Shown piece by piece: positions 10,406 through 20,812 of a stretch of DNA of 64,000 bases. This DNA is from Candidatus Latescibacterota bacterium (GTDB lineage Bacteria > Latescibacterota > UBA2968 > GCA-2709665). The notes below the pieces were generated by a model, which was not told the DNA's origin, did not search any database, and was given only the letters and a program-made list of their open reading frames with translations. A program made the translations under genes and the position numbers. Within the stretch, counting starts at the first letter, position 1. Each line of letters starts with the position of its first letter. The stretch spans positions 1,952,001 through 2,016,000 of the forward strand of contig OZ244937.1 of assembly GCA_965222075.1 (NCBI GenBank). Reading direction: 5' to 3'.

Positions 10406-11740
10406 TCAGTAAATCGGCAGATAGTGGTCAACCTCCCACTGGCTCACACTCTGGTGATACTGCCGCCACTCCTCGCGCTTGCACGCGATGTAGTAGTCCC
10501 CATAGACTTCCCCCAGCGCGCCCTTGACCACCTCGTCCTGCTCTAAGTAGTCGAGGGCCTCTCTGAGGGTCGAGGGCAGAAAACCGATGCCCCGCCGGTG
10601 CAGCTCCTCTTCAGGAACCTCGTAGAGGTTATCGTCGTTGCGCTCTCCCGGATCGATCTTGTTCTCGATCCCGTCCAGCCCGGCGGCAAGCATCGCCGAG
10701 CAGGCCAGGTAGGGGTTTGCCGAGCCGTCCACCGAACGGTTCTCAATACGTCCCGGCCCGGGAATGCGGATCATCTGCGTCCGGTTGGACGCGCCGTAGG
10801 TCACATACACCGGCGCCCACGAAGCCCCGGAGCGGGGCGCGCCCCGGACCAGCCGCTTGTAACTGTTGACGATCGGCGCCGCCACGGCGACCAGCGCCTT
10901 GGCATGTTTGAGGAGACCGCCGATAAACCAGTAGGCCTGCTCGGACAGGCCCATCTCATCCCCCTCGTCTAAAAACAGATTCGTCCTGTTATCTTCGTCC
11001 CACAGGCTCATGTGATAGTGCGCGCCGCTGCCCGTCAGGTGTGCAAAAGGCTTGGGCATAAAGGTCGCCAGCAGCCCGTACTGTTCGGCATTCACCTTAA
11101 CCATCCACCTGAAAAAGGTATGCCGGTCCGCCGTCGTCAGCGCGTTCGAGTAGTGCCAATTGATCTCGAACTGGCAGTTGGCGTCTTCGTGGTCGTTCGC
11201 ATAGGGGTCCCAGCCCAGTTCCTGCATGTATTTGATCAGCGTCGTCATCACATCCAAATTCCGGTGCAGCGTTACCAGGTCGTAGCAGGGCTTTTCCAGG
11301 ATATCAAGCGGGTCGAACGGCGCATACTGCCCGCTCTCATCCTGTTTGAGCAGCATGAACTCGGCTTCGACACCCACATTGAAGAAATACCCGCTCTCCC
11401 CGGCCTTCTCCAGCTGCCGCTGCAAAATCGTGCGCGGGCAGTAGTCCCACGGCTTATCTTCAACGTGGATATTACCCGCCACCCACGCCGTGTTCTTGCG
11501 CCACGGCAGAACCGTAAGCGAACCAAAATCGGGGAGATTCGCCATATCCGGATCGTGCGGCCCCTGCCCCATGTTGCCCGCTGCGAAACCTGCAAACCCC
11601 GCCCCCTCCGCTGCCATATCGTCCAGGTGCGTCACCGGCACCACCTTGGCCTTTGGCATCCCGTTCATCTCCACGAACGAGCAGAGGATAAATTCGATCC
11701 CTTTCTCGTTAACAAGCTCCTTAACCTGATCCAGCGTCAT
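10406..11740 (-). CDS. gmaS: Gamma-glutamylmethylamide synthetase (GlnT-type glutamine synthetase family)
   Basis: PKAKVVP..EGAGFAGFA, NDHEDANCQFEIN, TFMPKPF, SGASWAP, NRTQMIRIP; lies within the N-methylglutamate cluster. Confidence 0.85.
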   Translation of the reverse strand: MTLDQVKELVNEKGIEFILCSFVEMNGMPKAKVVPVTHLDDMAAEGAGFAGFAAGNMGQGPHDPDMANLPDFGSLTVLPWRKNTAWVAGNIHVEDKPWDYCPRTILQRQLEKAGESGYFFNVGVEAEFMLLKQDESGQYAPFDPLDILEKPCYDLVTLHRNLDVMTTLIKYMQELGWDPYANDHEDANCQFEINWHYSNALTTADRHTFFRWMVKVNAEQYGLLATFMPKPFAHLTGSGAHYHMSLWDEDNRTNLFLDEGDEMGLSEQAYWFIGGLLKHAKALVAVAAPIVNSYKRLVRGAPRSGASWAPVYVTYGASNRTQMIRIPGPGRIENRSVDGSANPYLACSAMLAAGLDGIENKIDPGERNDDNLYEVPEEELHRRGIGFLPSTLREALDYLEQDEVVKGALGEVYGDYYIACKREEWRQYHQSVSQWEVDHYLPIY

Positions 11741-11770
11741 AATCGACTCCCCTCCCTCTAAAATAAAAGG

Positions 11771-12001
11771 TTAGAGATTTTTCTGGTTGTTCTGAATCGT
11801 CTGAATAAGAGTGTCGTCGTGATCCAGGTTTTCCATCTCTTCCCTGTAGCTCGAACATTCAAACCTCATCTGCCAGACCGTATACACAACCCAGAAAACA
11901 AAACAGATCACGAACAGCAGGCCCTCTGTCCCCACAAAGGGATATATAGGCCCCATGTCTACCGGATTCCCTCCCCAGCTCTCAACAAGACCTGTCCTCA
12001 T
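11771..12001 (-). CDS. Small single-TM hypothetical protein
   Basis: AGGAGG RBS; 76 aa with GPIYPFVGTEGLL followed by a TM segment; co-oriented in the operon. Confidence 0.7.
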   Translation of the reverse strand: MRTGLVESWGGNPVDMGPIYPFVGTEGLLFVICFVFWVVYTVWQMRFECSSYREEMENLDHDDTLIQTIQNNQKNL

Positions 12002-12049
12002 CCTTCACCTCCTTGAATGAATAAAGCCCCATCAATCCCAAATCCGCAA

Positions 12050-13735
12050 TCAAAAGAGTCCCACCGTCTGTCCCTTCTCGTCAAAATCGATCGACTCCGC
12101 AGAAGGCACCCTGGGAAGGCCGGGCATGGTCATAATATCGCCTGCCAGCACCACCACGAACCCGGCGCCTGCGGAAACCCGGACATCACGGACGGGCAGG
12201 TCGAAATTTCTCGGCCTGCCCTTCAACCCCGGATCTGTGGACAGAGAATACTGGGTCTTTGCCATACAGATCGGCAGATCGCCATACCCTTCTCTCTCCA
12301 ACCGTCGGAACCTGGCCCTCAGGCTCTTGTCGCCCATAATATCGTTCGCCCCATAAATCTCCTGAGCGATCGTTCGGACCTTATCCCAGAGCCTGCACTT
12401 ATTCGGATACAGAAACCTGAAATCGCTCCTGGTCGTCTCGGCAACCTTCACCACCGTCCCTGCCAGCGCCTCTGCGCCTTCCCCGCCCCTCGCCCAGTGG
12501 TCGGCCTGCACGACCTCCACCCCCAGGTGGTCGCACTTATCCCGAACCAGCGCCACCTCCTCCGGCGTATCCGTCGAAAACGTATTGATCGCCACAACCC
12601 CCGGCAGGCCGAAGAGACGGATATTCTCGATATGCTTCTTGAGGTTCTCAATCCCCCTGTCCAGCGCCGCCATGTTGGGCCGCGTGAGTTCCTTTAACTC
12701 GACCCCGCCGTGGGATTTCAGCGCCCGCACCGTCGCAACCAGAACCACAACATCGGGACGAAGACCCGCCTGCCGGCACTTGATATTCAAAAACTTCTCC
12801 GCGCCCAGGTCTGCGCCGAACCCGGCCTCGGTAACCGTATACTCGGACAGCCTCATCGCCAGTTTAGTCGCCATCACCGAATTGCACCCGTGAGCGATAT
12901 TGGCAAACGGACCGCCGTGTACGATGGCCGGGTTGTTCTCCAGTGTCTGCACCAGGTTGGGCATGAGCGCATTCCGCAGCAACACCGCCATTGCACCGTG
13001 AACGTTGAGATACGCGGCCGTAATGGCCTTCCTCGAACGCGTATACGCCACGATGATTTTGCCCAGCCGGTCTCGCAGCTCCTCCAGCGACTCCGACAGA
13101 CATAGTATCGCCATCACCTCCGAAGCCACCGTAATGTCAAATCCGGACTCGCGGGGGAACGAATTGCCCGGACCGCCCAGGCCGATGACGATGTTCCGAA
13201 GCGCCCGGTCGTTCATATCCACAGCGCGTTTCCACACAACACGCCTCGGATCGATATCCAGCCGGTTTCCCTGGTGGATGTGATTGTCCAGCACGGCCGC
13301 CAGCAGGTTGTGCGCCGTGCCAATCGCGTGCATATCCCCCGTAAAGTGGAGGTTGACATCCTCCATCGGCACAACCTGGGCATACCCCCCGCCCGCCGCC
13401 CCTCCTTTCATCCCGAAACAGGGCCCCAGCGAAGGCTCGCGTAAGCAAACGGTGGCCTGCTTTCCGATCCGGTTCAATCCATCGCCCAGCCCCACCGCCG
13501 TCGTCGTCTTCCCCTCTCCCGAAGGCGTCGGATTAATCGAAGAAACCAGCACCAGCTTGCCAGCAGGCGCATTCTCCAGGCTGCGGTAGTAATCCACCGA
13601 AACCTTCGCCTTCAACTTCCCGTAAGGCTCGATATGCGCCTGATCGATCCCCAGCTTCTGAGCCACCTCCTCAATCGGAAGCAGTGCTGCCCGCCGCGCA
13701 ATCTCGATGTCCGGCGGCATCTCCCGCTTGCCCAT
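12050..13735 (-). CDS. fhs: Formate--tetrahydrofolate ligase
   Basis: [43 protein letters not shown]. Confidence 0.97.
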   Translation of the reverse strand: MGKREMPPDIEIARRAALLPIEEVAQKLGIDQAHIEPYGKLKAKVSVDYYRSLENAPAGKLVLVSSINPTPSGEGKTTTAVGLGDGLNRIGKQATVCLREPSLGPCFGMKGGAAGGGYAQVVPMEDVNLHFTGDMHAIGTAHNLLAAVLDNHIHQGNRLDIDPRRVVWKRAVDMNDRALRNIVIGLGGPGNSFPRESGFDITVASEVMAILCLSESLEELRDRLGKIIVAYTRSRKAITAAYLNVHGAMAVLLRNALMPNLVQTLENNPAIVHGGPFANIAHGCNSVMATKLAMRLSEYTVTEAGFGADLGAEKFLNIKCRQAGLRPDVVVLVATVRALKSHGGVELKELTRPNMAALDRGIENLKKHIENIRLFGLPGVVAINTFSTDTPEEVALVRDKCDHLGVEVVQADHWARGGEGAEALAGTVVKVAETTRSDFRFLYPNKCRLWDKVRTIAQEIYGANDIMGDKSLRARFRRLEREGYGDLPICMAKTQYSLSTDPGLKGRPRNFDLPVRDVRVSAGAGFVVVLAGDIMTMPGLPRVPSAESIDFDEKGQTVGLF

Positions 13736-13745
13736 AGCACCCCTT

Positions 13746-15161
13746 TCACCCTTCGTCTTGCGACACGCCTCCATCCCGCGCCGCTTCGAGCTCCACGCGA
13801 ATGATCTCATTCGCATCGTCCGATTCTGTCTCTATCCCCCGGTGGTCCATTCCCGCCAGTTCAACCTGCTGGGGAATTCTGAGCAGATTCAACCTTTTCA
13901 GAAGAAGGCCGAGGATGTAACAGGGCAGGAAACCGAGCACAACGAACATAATGATCGCACCGATGGTCTGCCCCCAGGGCGTAATGACCGCATAGGCGGA
14001 ATTGGGTGAACTTGGATACCCCCACAGCACAAACCCTGCAACAATAACCCCGATCACGCCAGCATATCCGTGAACGGCAACGGCGCCGACCGCATCGTCA
14101 ATTTTGAACTTCCGCTCCACCCAGTAGTGCAGCTTGTACATACACAACACCCCGAAGCCGCCGATAAGATGGGCCTGCAGCGGATGGTACAGGTCGTTTC
14201 CCGCCGAAGCGGTAATAATGCCCGCCAGTCCCCCCGAAAACGTCCAGTAGGGATCGCCCTTGGACACAAAATATCCCGCGATCAACCCTCCGGCCAGCGA
14301 CATCAAAAAGTTAAACGTAATCGCGCTCAACGTCGTGGGCGTCAGATAGATCGTCGTGGCCGAGAAAAACGTCCTGGCATCGGAAGCATCGACATCCCAG
14401 ATCGGCACATTGCAGGCGGCGTAAAATCCCCAGAACCCGGTATAGATCAGAAACAGCCCGATGACGACCAGCCAGGTGTTGTGCGGAGGGAAATTCCGGG
14501 GCGTCCCATCCGGGCGAAACCTCCCGATTCTCGGGCCCAGATGGTAGAGAATTGCCAGTGCCGATCCCCCGCTGATGGCGTGGATCACCCCCGACGCATA
14601 GGCGTCGTGGTAGCCCAGCACCTGGACCATCCATCCATCCGCCGACCATCCCCACGCAGCGTCGATCACCCAGGTGATTGACCCCACCAGAACGGCGAAT
14701 AGCCAGAAGGCGCTCGACCGGATGCGTTCGATCACCGCCCCCGAAAGAATCGAACCCGCCGTCCAGGAAAAGATCAGAAACGCCGCCCAGAACACGCCGT
14801 TGATACGCGCCCATGCCGCCGTGTCCGCCGCCGACAGCCCCCCACCGTGGGGCTTCCCCCCCATGTGCGTTCCCATCAACTCGTTCCAGGGCTCCGCCCA
14901 GGCGGCGGATTTTAAGCCTCCTGTGATGCCCGGCCCGTTCTGAAAGGCGAAATAGATCCACCATCCGAAAAAGTAAAACGTCACCGTCACCAGCGGAATA
15001 AGCATCGCATTCTTCATCAGGGTGTGCATCATATTCTTGCGGCGAGAAACGCCCACTTCGTACAGGCAGAACCCCACGTGAATGAGGAACATCAGAACAA
15101 TGCACACCCAATAGTAGAACTCTGTAAAAATAACCGACAATGCACTCAGTTCATTCTCCAT
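13746..15161 (-). CDS. amt: Divergent ammonium/methylammonium transporter (Amt family)
   Basis: Amt fold motifs: [38 protein letters not shown] before ATG 15161. Confidence 0.88.
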   Translation of the reverse strand: MENELSALSVIFTEFYYWVCIVLMFLIHVGFCLYEVGVSRRKNMMHTLMKNAMLIPLVTVTFYFFGWWIYFAFQNGPGITGGLKSAAWAEPWNELMGTHMGGKPHGGGLSAADTAAWARINGVFWAAFLIFSWTAGSILSGAVIERIRSSAFWLFAVLVGSITWVIDAAWGWSADGWMVQVLGYHDAYASGVIHAISGGSALAILYHLGPRIGRFRPDGTPRNFPPHNTWLVVIGLFLIYTGFWGFYAACNVPIWDVDASDARTFFSATTIYLTPTTLSAITFNFLMSLAGGLIAGYFVSKGDPYWTFSGGLAGIITASAGNDLYHPLQAHLIGGFGVLCMYKLHYWVERKFKIDDAVGAVAVHGYAGVIGVIVAGFVLWGYPSSPNSAYAVITPWGQTIGAIIMFVVLGFLPCYILGLLLKRLNLLRIPQQVELAGMDHRGIETESDDANEIIRVELEAARDGGVSQDEG

Positions 15162-15198
15162 AGGTCTATCTCCCTCCCGGTCCTGCGTTGGCCTGCGG

Positions 15199-16539
15199 TT
15201 AGCTCCACGGAAACGGGCTGTTTGACACCGGGTGCAGCCTCCCCTCGGCGTAACGCGAAAAGCGAAAGGGCGCCAGCATGGCGCTTTCATGTCCCATAAT
15301 CTCTTCCGCGACCAGCTCTCCCACGCCAATCATCTTGTACCCATGGTTGGAATCGGCAATGATGTAGCAGTTCTCGCAGAACACGTCGAACACCGGGAAG
15401 CTGTCCGGCGTAAACGCCCCCAGCCCCCCTGAAGGATCATCGCTTTTATAATATTTGAACTTGCCCTCAAAACGCTTCTGGCAGAAGGCCAGCGCCGAAC
15501 ACCACATGCGGGCGAAATCCTCGCCCGCCACAAAATCGGGCGACTTGGGGCCGTAAGGGTCCACTTTCACCTCGTCCGGATCGGTCTCAACCCTGTAGGG
15601 CATACCGCCCCCCTGGACGCCGCCGAAGCAGAAATCCGGCTTGTAGTAAATGCCCCACAGCGCCTCGGTGATCAGGGAGCCGTCCACGTCCGAATACAGC
15701 GGCACATCGGTGTCTACGTGGATCACGGGGGGCATCTTTCCGTCGTTGGTCTTCTGGAAGTCGGGATCAACGCCCAGCGTGCCCTCCTGCAAACACCAGT
15801 AGGTCCACATCCGGATATCGTGGTGCATCCTGCCGTCGCGGCCCTTGATACTGACCGTCCCGGGCAGGTCCAGCATCTCCCAGACCGACTTGATCCAGGG
15901 CCCCGCGCCCACCACCACGTAATCCGTCTGAATCACGTTCCGATCAGTCACCACGCCCGAGATCGCCTTCCCCGAGAATTGAAATCCGGTGACCCGGACG
16001 CCGGAGAGAATCTGCACACCCTCGTTTTGCGCTTTGGCAGCCAGGCCTTCCATTGAGGCCTTGTTGTTGGCATACCCTCCCTTCTTCTCGTGTAGGACCG
16101 ACGTAATTCCCCTGGCCTGCCAGTCGTGAAAAATGCCTTTCATATACGCCTTGCAGTCGGCTTCTCCCTCGATAAATTCGGAGGGGTAGCCGATCTCTTT
16201 CTGCTGTGCGGCAATGCTGGCCACGTCCGTGTGCATCACCTCGGGGCTGATCTGCATGTAGCCCACCGGATGGTAACTGTATACCCCGGGGTCGCTTTCC
16301 CATACCTGAACGCTGTGGGCCATCAGCTCGCGCATCGCCGGCTGGTAATAGTTGTTGCGCACCACCCCGCATGCAATCCCCGACGCCCCGGCGGCGATCC
16401 CCGTCTTGTCCACAATGAGAACGTCCGAGCCGCTTCCCCTCCCACTCGCCTTCAACGCAAGCGCGAGGTGGTAACCGGTACTCAGCCCGTGAACGCCGGC
16501 GCCGATAATCACATATCTGGAAGCCTCAGGCACCCCCAT
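15199..16539 (-). CDS. FAD-dependent oxidoreductase (DAO / sarcosine oxidase beta-like)
   Basis: IIGAGVHG, GASGIACGVVRNNY, FTPDSFP, SNHGYK. Confidence 0.85.
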   Translation of the reverse strand: MGVPEASRYVIIGAGVHGLSTGYHLALALKASGRGSGSDVLIVDKTGIAAGASGIACGVVRNNYYQPAMRELMAHSVQVWESDPGVYSYHPVGYMQISPEVMHTDVASIAAQQKEIGYPSEFIEGEADCKAYMKGIFHDWQARGITSVLHEKKGGYANNKASMEGLAAKAQNEGVQILSGVRVTGFQFSGKAISGVVTDRNVIQTDYVVVGAGPWIKSVWEMLDLPGTVSIKGRDGRMHHDIRMWTYWCLQEGTLGVDPDFQKTNDGKMPPVIHVDTDVPLYSDVDGSLITEALWGIYYKPDFCFGGVQGGGMPYRVETDPDEVKVDPYGPKSPDFVAGEDFARMWCSALAFCQKRFEGKFKYYKSDDPSGGLGAFTPDSFPVFDVFCENCYIIADSNHGYKMIGVGELVAEEIMGHESAMLAPFRFSRYAEGRLHPVSNSPFPWS

Positions 16540-17020
16540 CGGTCGTACTCCCAACAAGCTGCGTGTAATTTCCGCCATAAAAAATCAGCGGACGGCCCTC
16601 ATTCGCATTCCCCGCCACAATCTCGCCAACAAAAATATCGTGGTCACCGCCGGGAAAAATATCGGTCAAATAACAGTCCACAAACGCCAGCCCCTCCGCC
16701 AGGATCGGAGCGCCCGTCTCCGCCTCGGTGAGCTTCAGGTTGGAGAAATCTTTCGGGCCGGGGGCCGCGAACTGCCGGGAAACCGCCTCCTGTTCGTCTG
16801 TCAGCACATTCATCGCGAAGCACTTGCCCTGCGTTAGCGATCCGTGCATCTGGTTGCGCTTATCCACCGCCACCAGAACCAGCGGCGGGTCCAGCGACAG
16901 CGACGCAACCGCATTCGCCGTCATTCCGCAGAGTTGGCCCTCGTGACGCGTGGTCACCACCGTCACCCCCGTTGCAAAACAGCCCATAATCCGCCGCTGT
17001 TCCATCGCATCGAACGCCAT
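16526..17020 (-). CDS. Flavin reductase (HpaC/DIM6/NTAB-like)
   Basis: FATGVTVVTT, GMTANAVASLSLDPPLVLV, GGDHDIFVG. True start is ATG 17020; the ORF-track extension overlaps tdm. Confidence 0.92.
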   Translation of the reverse strand: MAFDAMEQRRIMGCFATGVTVVTTRHEGQLCGMTANAVASLSLDPPLVLVAVDKRNQMHGSLTQGKCFAMNVLTDEQEAVSRQFAAPGPKDFSNLKLTEAETGAPILAEGLAFVDCYLTDIFPGGDHDIFVGEIVAGNANEGRPLIFYGGNYTQLVGSTTDGGA

Positions 17021-17033
17021 CCCCGTTCCCTTT

Positions 17034-19370
17034 TTAAGAACGCGGCCGCGCCTTCTCCGGATCGTAGAACGGGAAGCGCACCACCATCGCCGGAATCCGT
17101 TTCTGGTACCCGTCCAGCTTGCCCACCTCCACCTCTGTGCCCATATCCGAGTACTCCACGACCATCCGGCAAAGCGCAATATTCTTGCGCAAAATCGGAG
17201 ACCGTATGCCGCTGGTGACCACGCCCACCCGGCTGCGCCCCACGTGAACGCTGTCGCCGTGGACCGCCGGCTCGTTGCCCTCCAACTCAAGCCCGACGAG
17301 CACCCGCTGGGGGTGTTCCCTGTGCCGAACAAGCGCCTCCTTACCGATAAAGTCGTCCGCCTTCTCAAGGGCAACCGTAAAGCCAATACCGGCCTCAAAC
17401 GGGTTGACCTGGTCCTCAAATTCGTAACCGGCAAAGATAAGTCCCGATTCGATGCGCAACATATCGAGCGCATCCAGCCCCAACGGCGTCAACCGGTGGG
17501 GTTGGCCCGCCTTCCAGACCGCGTCCCACACCGCAGGGGCATCCCCCGGATGGCACCAGACCTCGTAGCCCAGTTCTCCGGTGTAGCCCGTCCGCGAAAC
17601 CAAAATCGAAACGCCGTTCCCATCGCCGATGCGGCCGATGGTGAACCGAAACCAGTTCAGTTCCTCAAGCATCGGCTGCAGCGGCGGCGTCCACACCACC
17701 TCCCGCAGGATCTCCCGGCTCCTGGGCCCCTGCACCGAAAGGTTGTGGAGCTGGTCGGTAGACGTCCGGACCCAGACACGCAACCCCAGCTTTCCGGCCT
17801 GTTCACGCAGCCAGACCCCGCCGTAGTCATCGCCGCCGATCCAGCGGAAGTTGCTGTCGCCCAGCCGGAACAGCGTCCCGTCATCCAGCATACCGCCCGT
17901 CTCGTAACACATTGCCGAGTACGTAACCTGCCCCACCGACAGCCTGCGCACGTCGCGGGTCAGCGTCCGCTGCAGCAGTTCCTCGGCATCCGGACCGAGC
18001 ACCTCAAACTTGCGCAGGGGCGAGAGGTCCATCACCACCGCACGCTCCCGGCAGGCGTAATACTCCTCAATCGCGCCATGCCCGGTAAAGCAGGCCGGCA
18101 GCCAGAATCCCCGGTATTCCGTGAAATTCCGTGTCAGCGCAGACGTCCGGGGGTGAAACGCGGTTTTACGCGTCATCTGAGGGTCGGCATCCGGAGTCAT
18201 CCTGTGGGCAATCCCCTTCGAAAAACGATGCACCGCCGGATAGACCCGAACGTGAATATCCGTCGGATTCCAGCCGTTGGCCGGGTCGATATCGTCCGGA
18301 CAGGCCGAAGACAGGCAGACCAGGTCCGTCACCGCCCGCAGCAACACATAATCGCCCGGGCGCGACCAGGGCTCATCCATCAACAGCGCGTTGTTGCTGT
18401 CGATGCCCGTATTGTAGAAAAAATTAATCGCGGGCCAACCCCTGCGGGGAGCAATCGTATAAGGATGCAGCGCCGCATTAAAATTGTCCGAACAGTTGAT
18501 GTGGCCGGGGTACCCCATATCCTCGTAGTACCTGGCGGTACAGGCCAAAGCAAACGTATCGTGGCGCCCCACCGTATCGCGGATGACCTCCACTAAGGGC
18601 TGCATGTCCTGGTCATAAAACCTGGAAAACAAACCGGGCCCGGGATAGGCCGCGCCCATCAGCGTCCGCGTCGTGGTCGCGTCCAGCCCGCGTTCAACGC
18701 CCCGCTGCAGCTGCCGGCTGTCAAACGCCAGGAAATCCGAACACTGCCGCCCGTCAACATCGATCACCTGAATGTATTCGCCGGCCTTCACTTCATAAGC
18801 CATCGCCGTCGCCCGATCTACGCGCAGATCCAGGCGCAGATCGCCCGGGGGGGGCGGCAGCGGCGATTCGATCGCCTCCTCCAAACTGGCCCGTTTGACA
18901 ACAACGCGCAGCTCGGTGGGCGGATTCTGTTCTTCTACCCGCATAGGCCCGCCGGGCGCAGCCACAATGCAGATTGCCCCCCGCTTGACGGTAAACGCCT
19001 CCTCGTCCCCCGGCCGTGCCCCCTCCCCGAAAAGTCGCACCGCCCGAGCCTCCGTCGCGTCAATCCCCCGCTGCCGCAAAGCGGCCACAGCGGCCAGCGC
19101 ATTACCCTTCCCGTTTGTCAGGCCAGGCGAGAAGCTCACCAGCCTGCTGTCCGCACGGGCGCCCAGAGCCTCGAGATCTTCGTCCCCCTCCCAACTGAAA
19201 ACCGCAAGCTCGCACGGCTGGCCCCCTTCAACGTCGATGATGTTCATCCGGTCGCCCGCTGTAAGCGCCAGAACAATCGACCCACCGCCGCACACCCGGT
19301 ATCGCTCCACCCCGGGCTCCGGACGGAGCAGGCCCGCCTCGATCAAACGCGGCCTGCCTGTAACAGCCAT
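17034..19370 (-). CDS. tdm: Trimethylamine N-oxide demethylase (DUF1989 + GcvT-like domains)
   Basis: 778 aa with GRQCSDF, GRHDTFALAC..GHINC, SACPDDIDPANGWNP and C-terminal SRTGYTGELGYE..LRIESG. Confidence 0.88.
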   Translation of the reverse strand: MAVTGRPRLIEAGLLRPEPGVERYRVCGGGSIVLALTAGDRMNIIDVEGGQPCELAVFSWEGDEDLEALGARADSRLVSFSPGLTNGKGNALAAVAALRQRGIDATEARAVRLFGEGARPGDEEAFTVKRGAICIVAAPGGPMRVEEQNPPTELRVVVKRASLEEAIESPLPPPPGDLRLDLRVDRATAMAYEVKAGEYIQVIDVDGRQCSDFLAFDSRQLQRGVERGLDATTTRTLMGAAYPGPGLFSRFYDQDMQPLVEVIRDTVGRHDTFALACTARYYEDMGYPGHINCSDNFNAALHPYTIAPRRGWPAINFFYNTGIDSNNALLMDEPWSRPGDYVLLRAVTDLVCLSSACPDDIDPANGWNPTDIHVRVYPAVHRFSKGIAHRMTPDADPQMTRKTAFHPRTSALTRNFTEYRGFWLPACFTGHGAIEEYYACRERAVVMDLSPLRKFEVLGPDAEELLQRTLTRDVRRLSVGQVTYSAMCYETGGMLDDGTLFRLGDSNFRWIGGDDYGGVWLREQAGKLGLRVWVRTSTDQLHNLSVQGPRSREILREVVWTPPLQPMLEELNWFRFTIGRIGDGNGVSILVSRTGYTGELGYEVWCHPGDAPAVWDAVWKAGQPHRLTPLGLDALDMLRIESGLIFAGYEFEDQVNPFEAGIGFTVALEKADDFIGKEALVRHREHPQRVLVGLELEGNEPAVHGDSVHVGRSRVGVVTSGIRSPILRKNIALCRMVVEYSDMGTEVEVGKLDGYQKRIPAMVVRFPFYDPEKARPRS

Positions 19371-20764
19371 CAGTCCCCCTCTGCCTCTGCAAGCAGCTTC
19401 TCGGCCAGCGCCTTCTTCGCCTCCCTGTCCAGCTTTTTAATCTCGTTGTGGAGCATGCGCTCGTTCACCGACTGGTTCCAGTAATCCAGCGAGTCGAACC
19501 CGAGCAGCACGGCCTTTCCCACGAACTGCCGCAGCACCTCGTTGGTGGGCCCCATCACCCACCCCGCCTTGCCGTCGCGCAGGTACCGCTCGATCCCCAG
19601 CTCCGGCTTGTAGCCGGTGCCGCCACAGGCGTGCAGCATTTTGTCCGACACATTCGCCACATTCTTGGCCGCGGCAAACTTCACCTGCCACATCCAGTGC
19701 AGCACCTCCGCCCTGGGCAGGTTGGACAGATCCTCGTGGATCGACCAGTCACAGTTGTTCGTCAACTCGTCCATCGCCCTGGCCATCTGAAAAACGAAAG
19801 CCCGGCACGTATTCGTATCCATAACCGCCTCACCCACATAATCCTGGATGGTCGGATAGTCCGCAACACGCATGCCCACGTCCGCGTGCCGCTTGGCCGT
19901 GGTGTGGCGCTTCGCAATATCGATCAACCCCAGCGAGATGCCGTTCCAGCAGGCGGACGAGCACAGCAGGAAGAACGGATCCACCGTCTCGTCGTTCGAA
20001 TTCGCCCCATCCCCCACCGGCCCCACCAGCCGCTCTTCGGGGACCGTCACGTTGTCCACCTCGATCGCCCCCGACTGGTTGCCCCGCAGCCCCAGCCCGT
20101 CCCACTTCGACGGCTCCGCCTTGACCTCGTCGGCCATAACCAGAAAACAGGAAAGATTGGAGTAATCGCCCCCAAAGTCCGGACTCGTCGTCTGGACAAT
20201 GTACCAATCGGCAAAACCGCCCGACGTCGTCCACGACGCCTTCTTGCGCACCTTCCAGCCGCCGTCGACCGCCTCGGCCCCCGACGAAATCGGATACCAG
20301 AAGTGCGAGCCCGTCTCCGGATCCGAATAAGACAACGTCCCGACGAGGACATCCCTGTCGAGACGTTTCATCAACTCCTGAATCGTCGGATTGTCGTGGC
20401 TTCGGAACATCGCGGCGGCAACGGCCCCGATGTGCATCGTGTAGCACATCGCGGTACTGGCGCAACCGTACCGGGCGATCGTCTCCACGACCATCGCGGT
20501 ACACGTATGGTTCTCCCCCAGCCCGCCCCACGCCTCAGGCACGTTCAACCCCAGCAGACCCAGCGAGGCCAGCGCCTCGAAATTCTCGCGGGGAAACAGG
20601 CGCTTCTCATCGCTTTCCACCGCATTCTCCCGCAGCGTGGTCTGACAAAGCGCAATCAGCCTGCGCTGAAGCGCCTTCTGCTCCGGTGTCAGCACCCACT
20701 GCGGGTCCCAGTCGTAGCCCAGCCCCCAGAATTCTTCGTCCCCCCACAGTTTTGTATCGCTCAT
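19370..20764 (-). CDS. Acyl-CoA dehydrogenase-fold flavoprotein (possible group D monooxygenase)
   Basis: VPEAWGGLG, SDPETGS, GLRGNQSG, GGTGY..IERYLRDGKA; VMGPTNE replaces the canonical IYEGTxE; overlaps the tdm start. Confidence 0.85.
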   Translation of the reverse strand: MSDTKLWGDEEFWGLGYDWDPQWVLTPEQKALQRRLIALCQTTLRENAVESDEKRLFPRENFEALASLGLLGLNVPEAWGGLGENHTCTAMVVETIARYGCASTAMCYTMHIGAVAAAMFRSHDNPTIQELMKRLDRDVLVGTLSYSDPETGSHFWYPISSGAEAVDGGWKVRKKASWTTSGGFADWYIVQTTSPDFGGDYSNLSCFLVMADEVKAEPSKWDGLGLRGNQSGAIEVDNVTVPEERLVGPVGDGANSNDETVDPFFLLCSSACWNGISLGLIDIAKRHTTAKRHADVGMRVADYPTIQDYVGEAVMDTNTCRAFVFQMARAMDELTNNCDWSIHEDLSNLPRAEVLHWMWQVKFAAAKNVANVSDKMLHACGGTGYKPELGIERYLRDGKAGWVMGPTNEVLRQFVGKAVLLGFDSLDYWNQSVNERMLHNEIKKLDREAKKALAEKLLAEAEGD

Positions 20765-20812
20765 ATCGTCCTCATCCGGTTACACTTGAACATTGGGAAA
20801 AATACCCAATCT

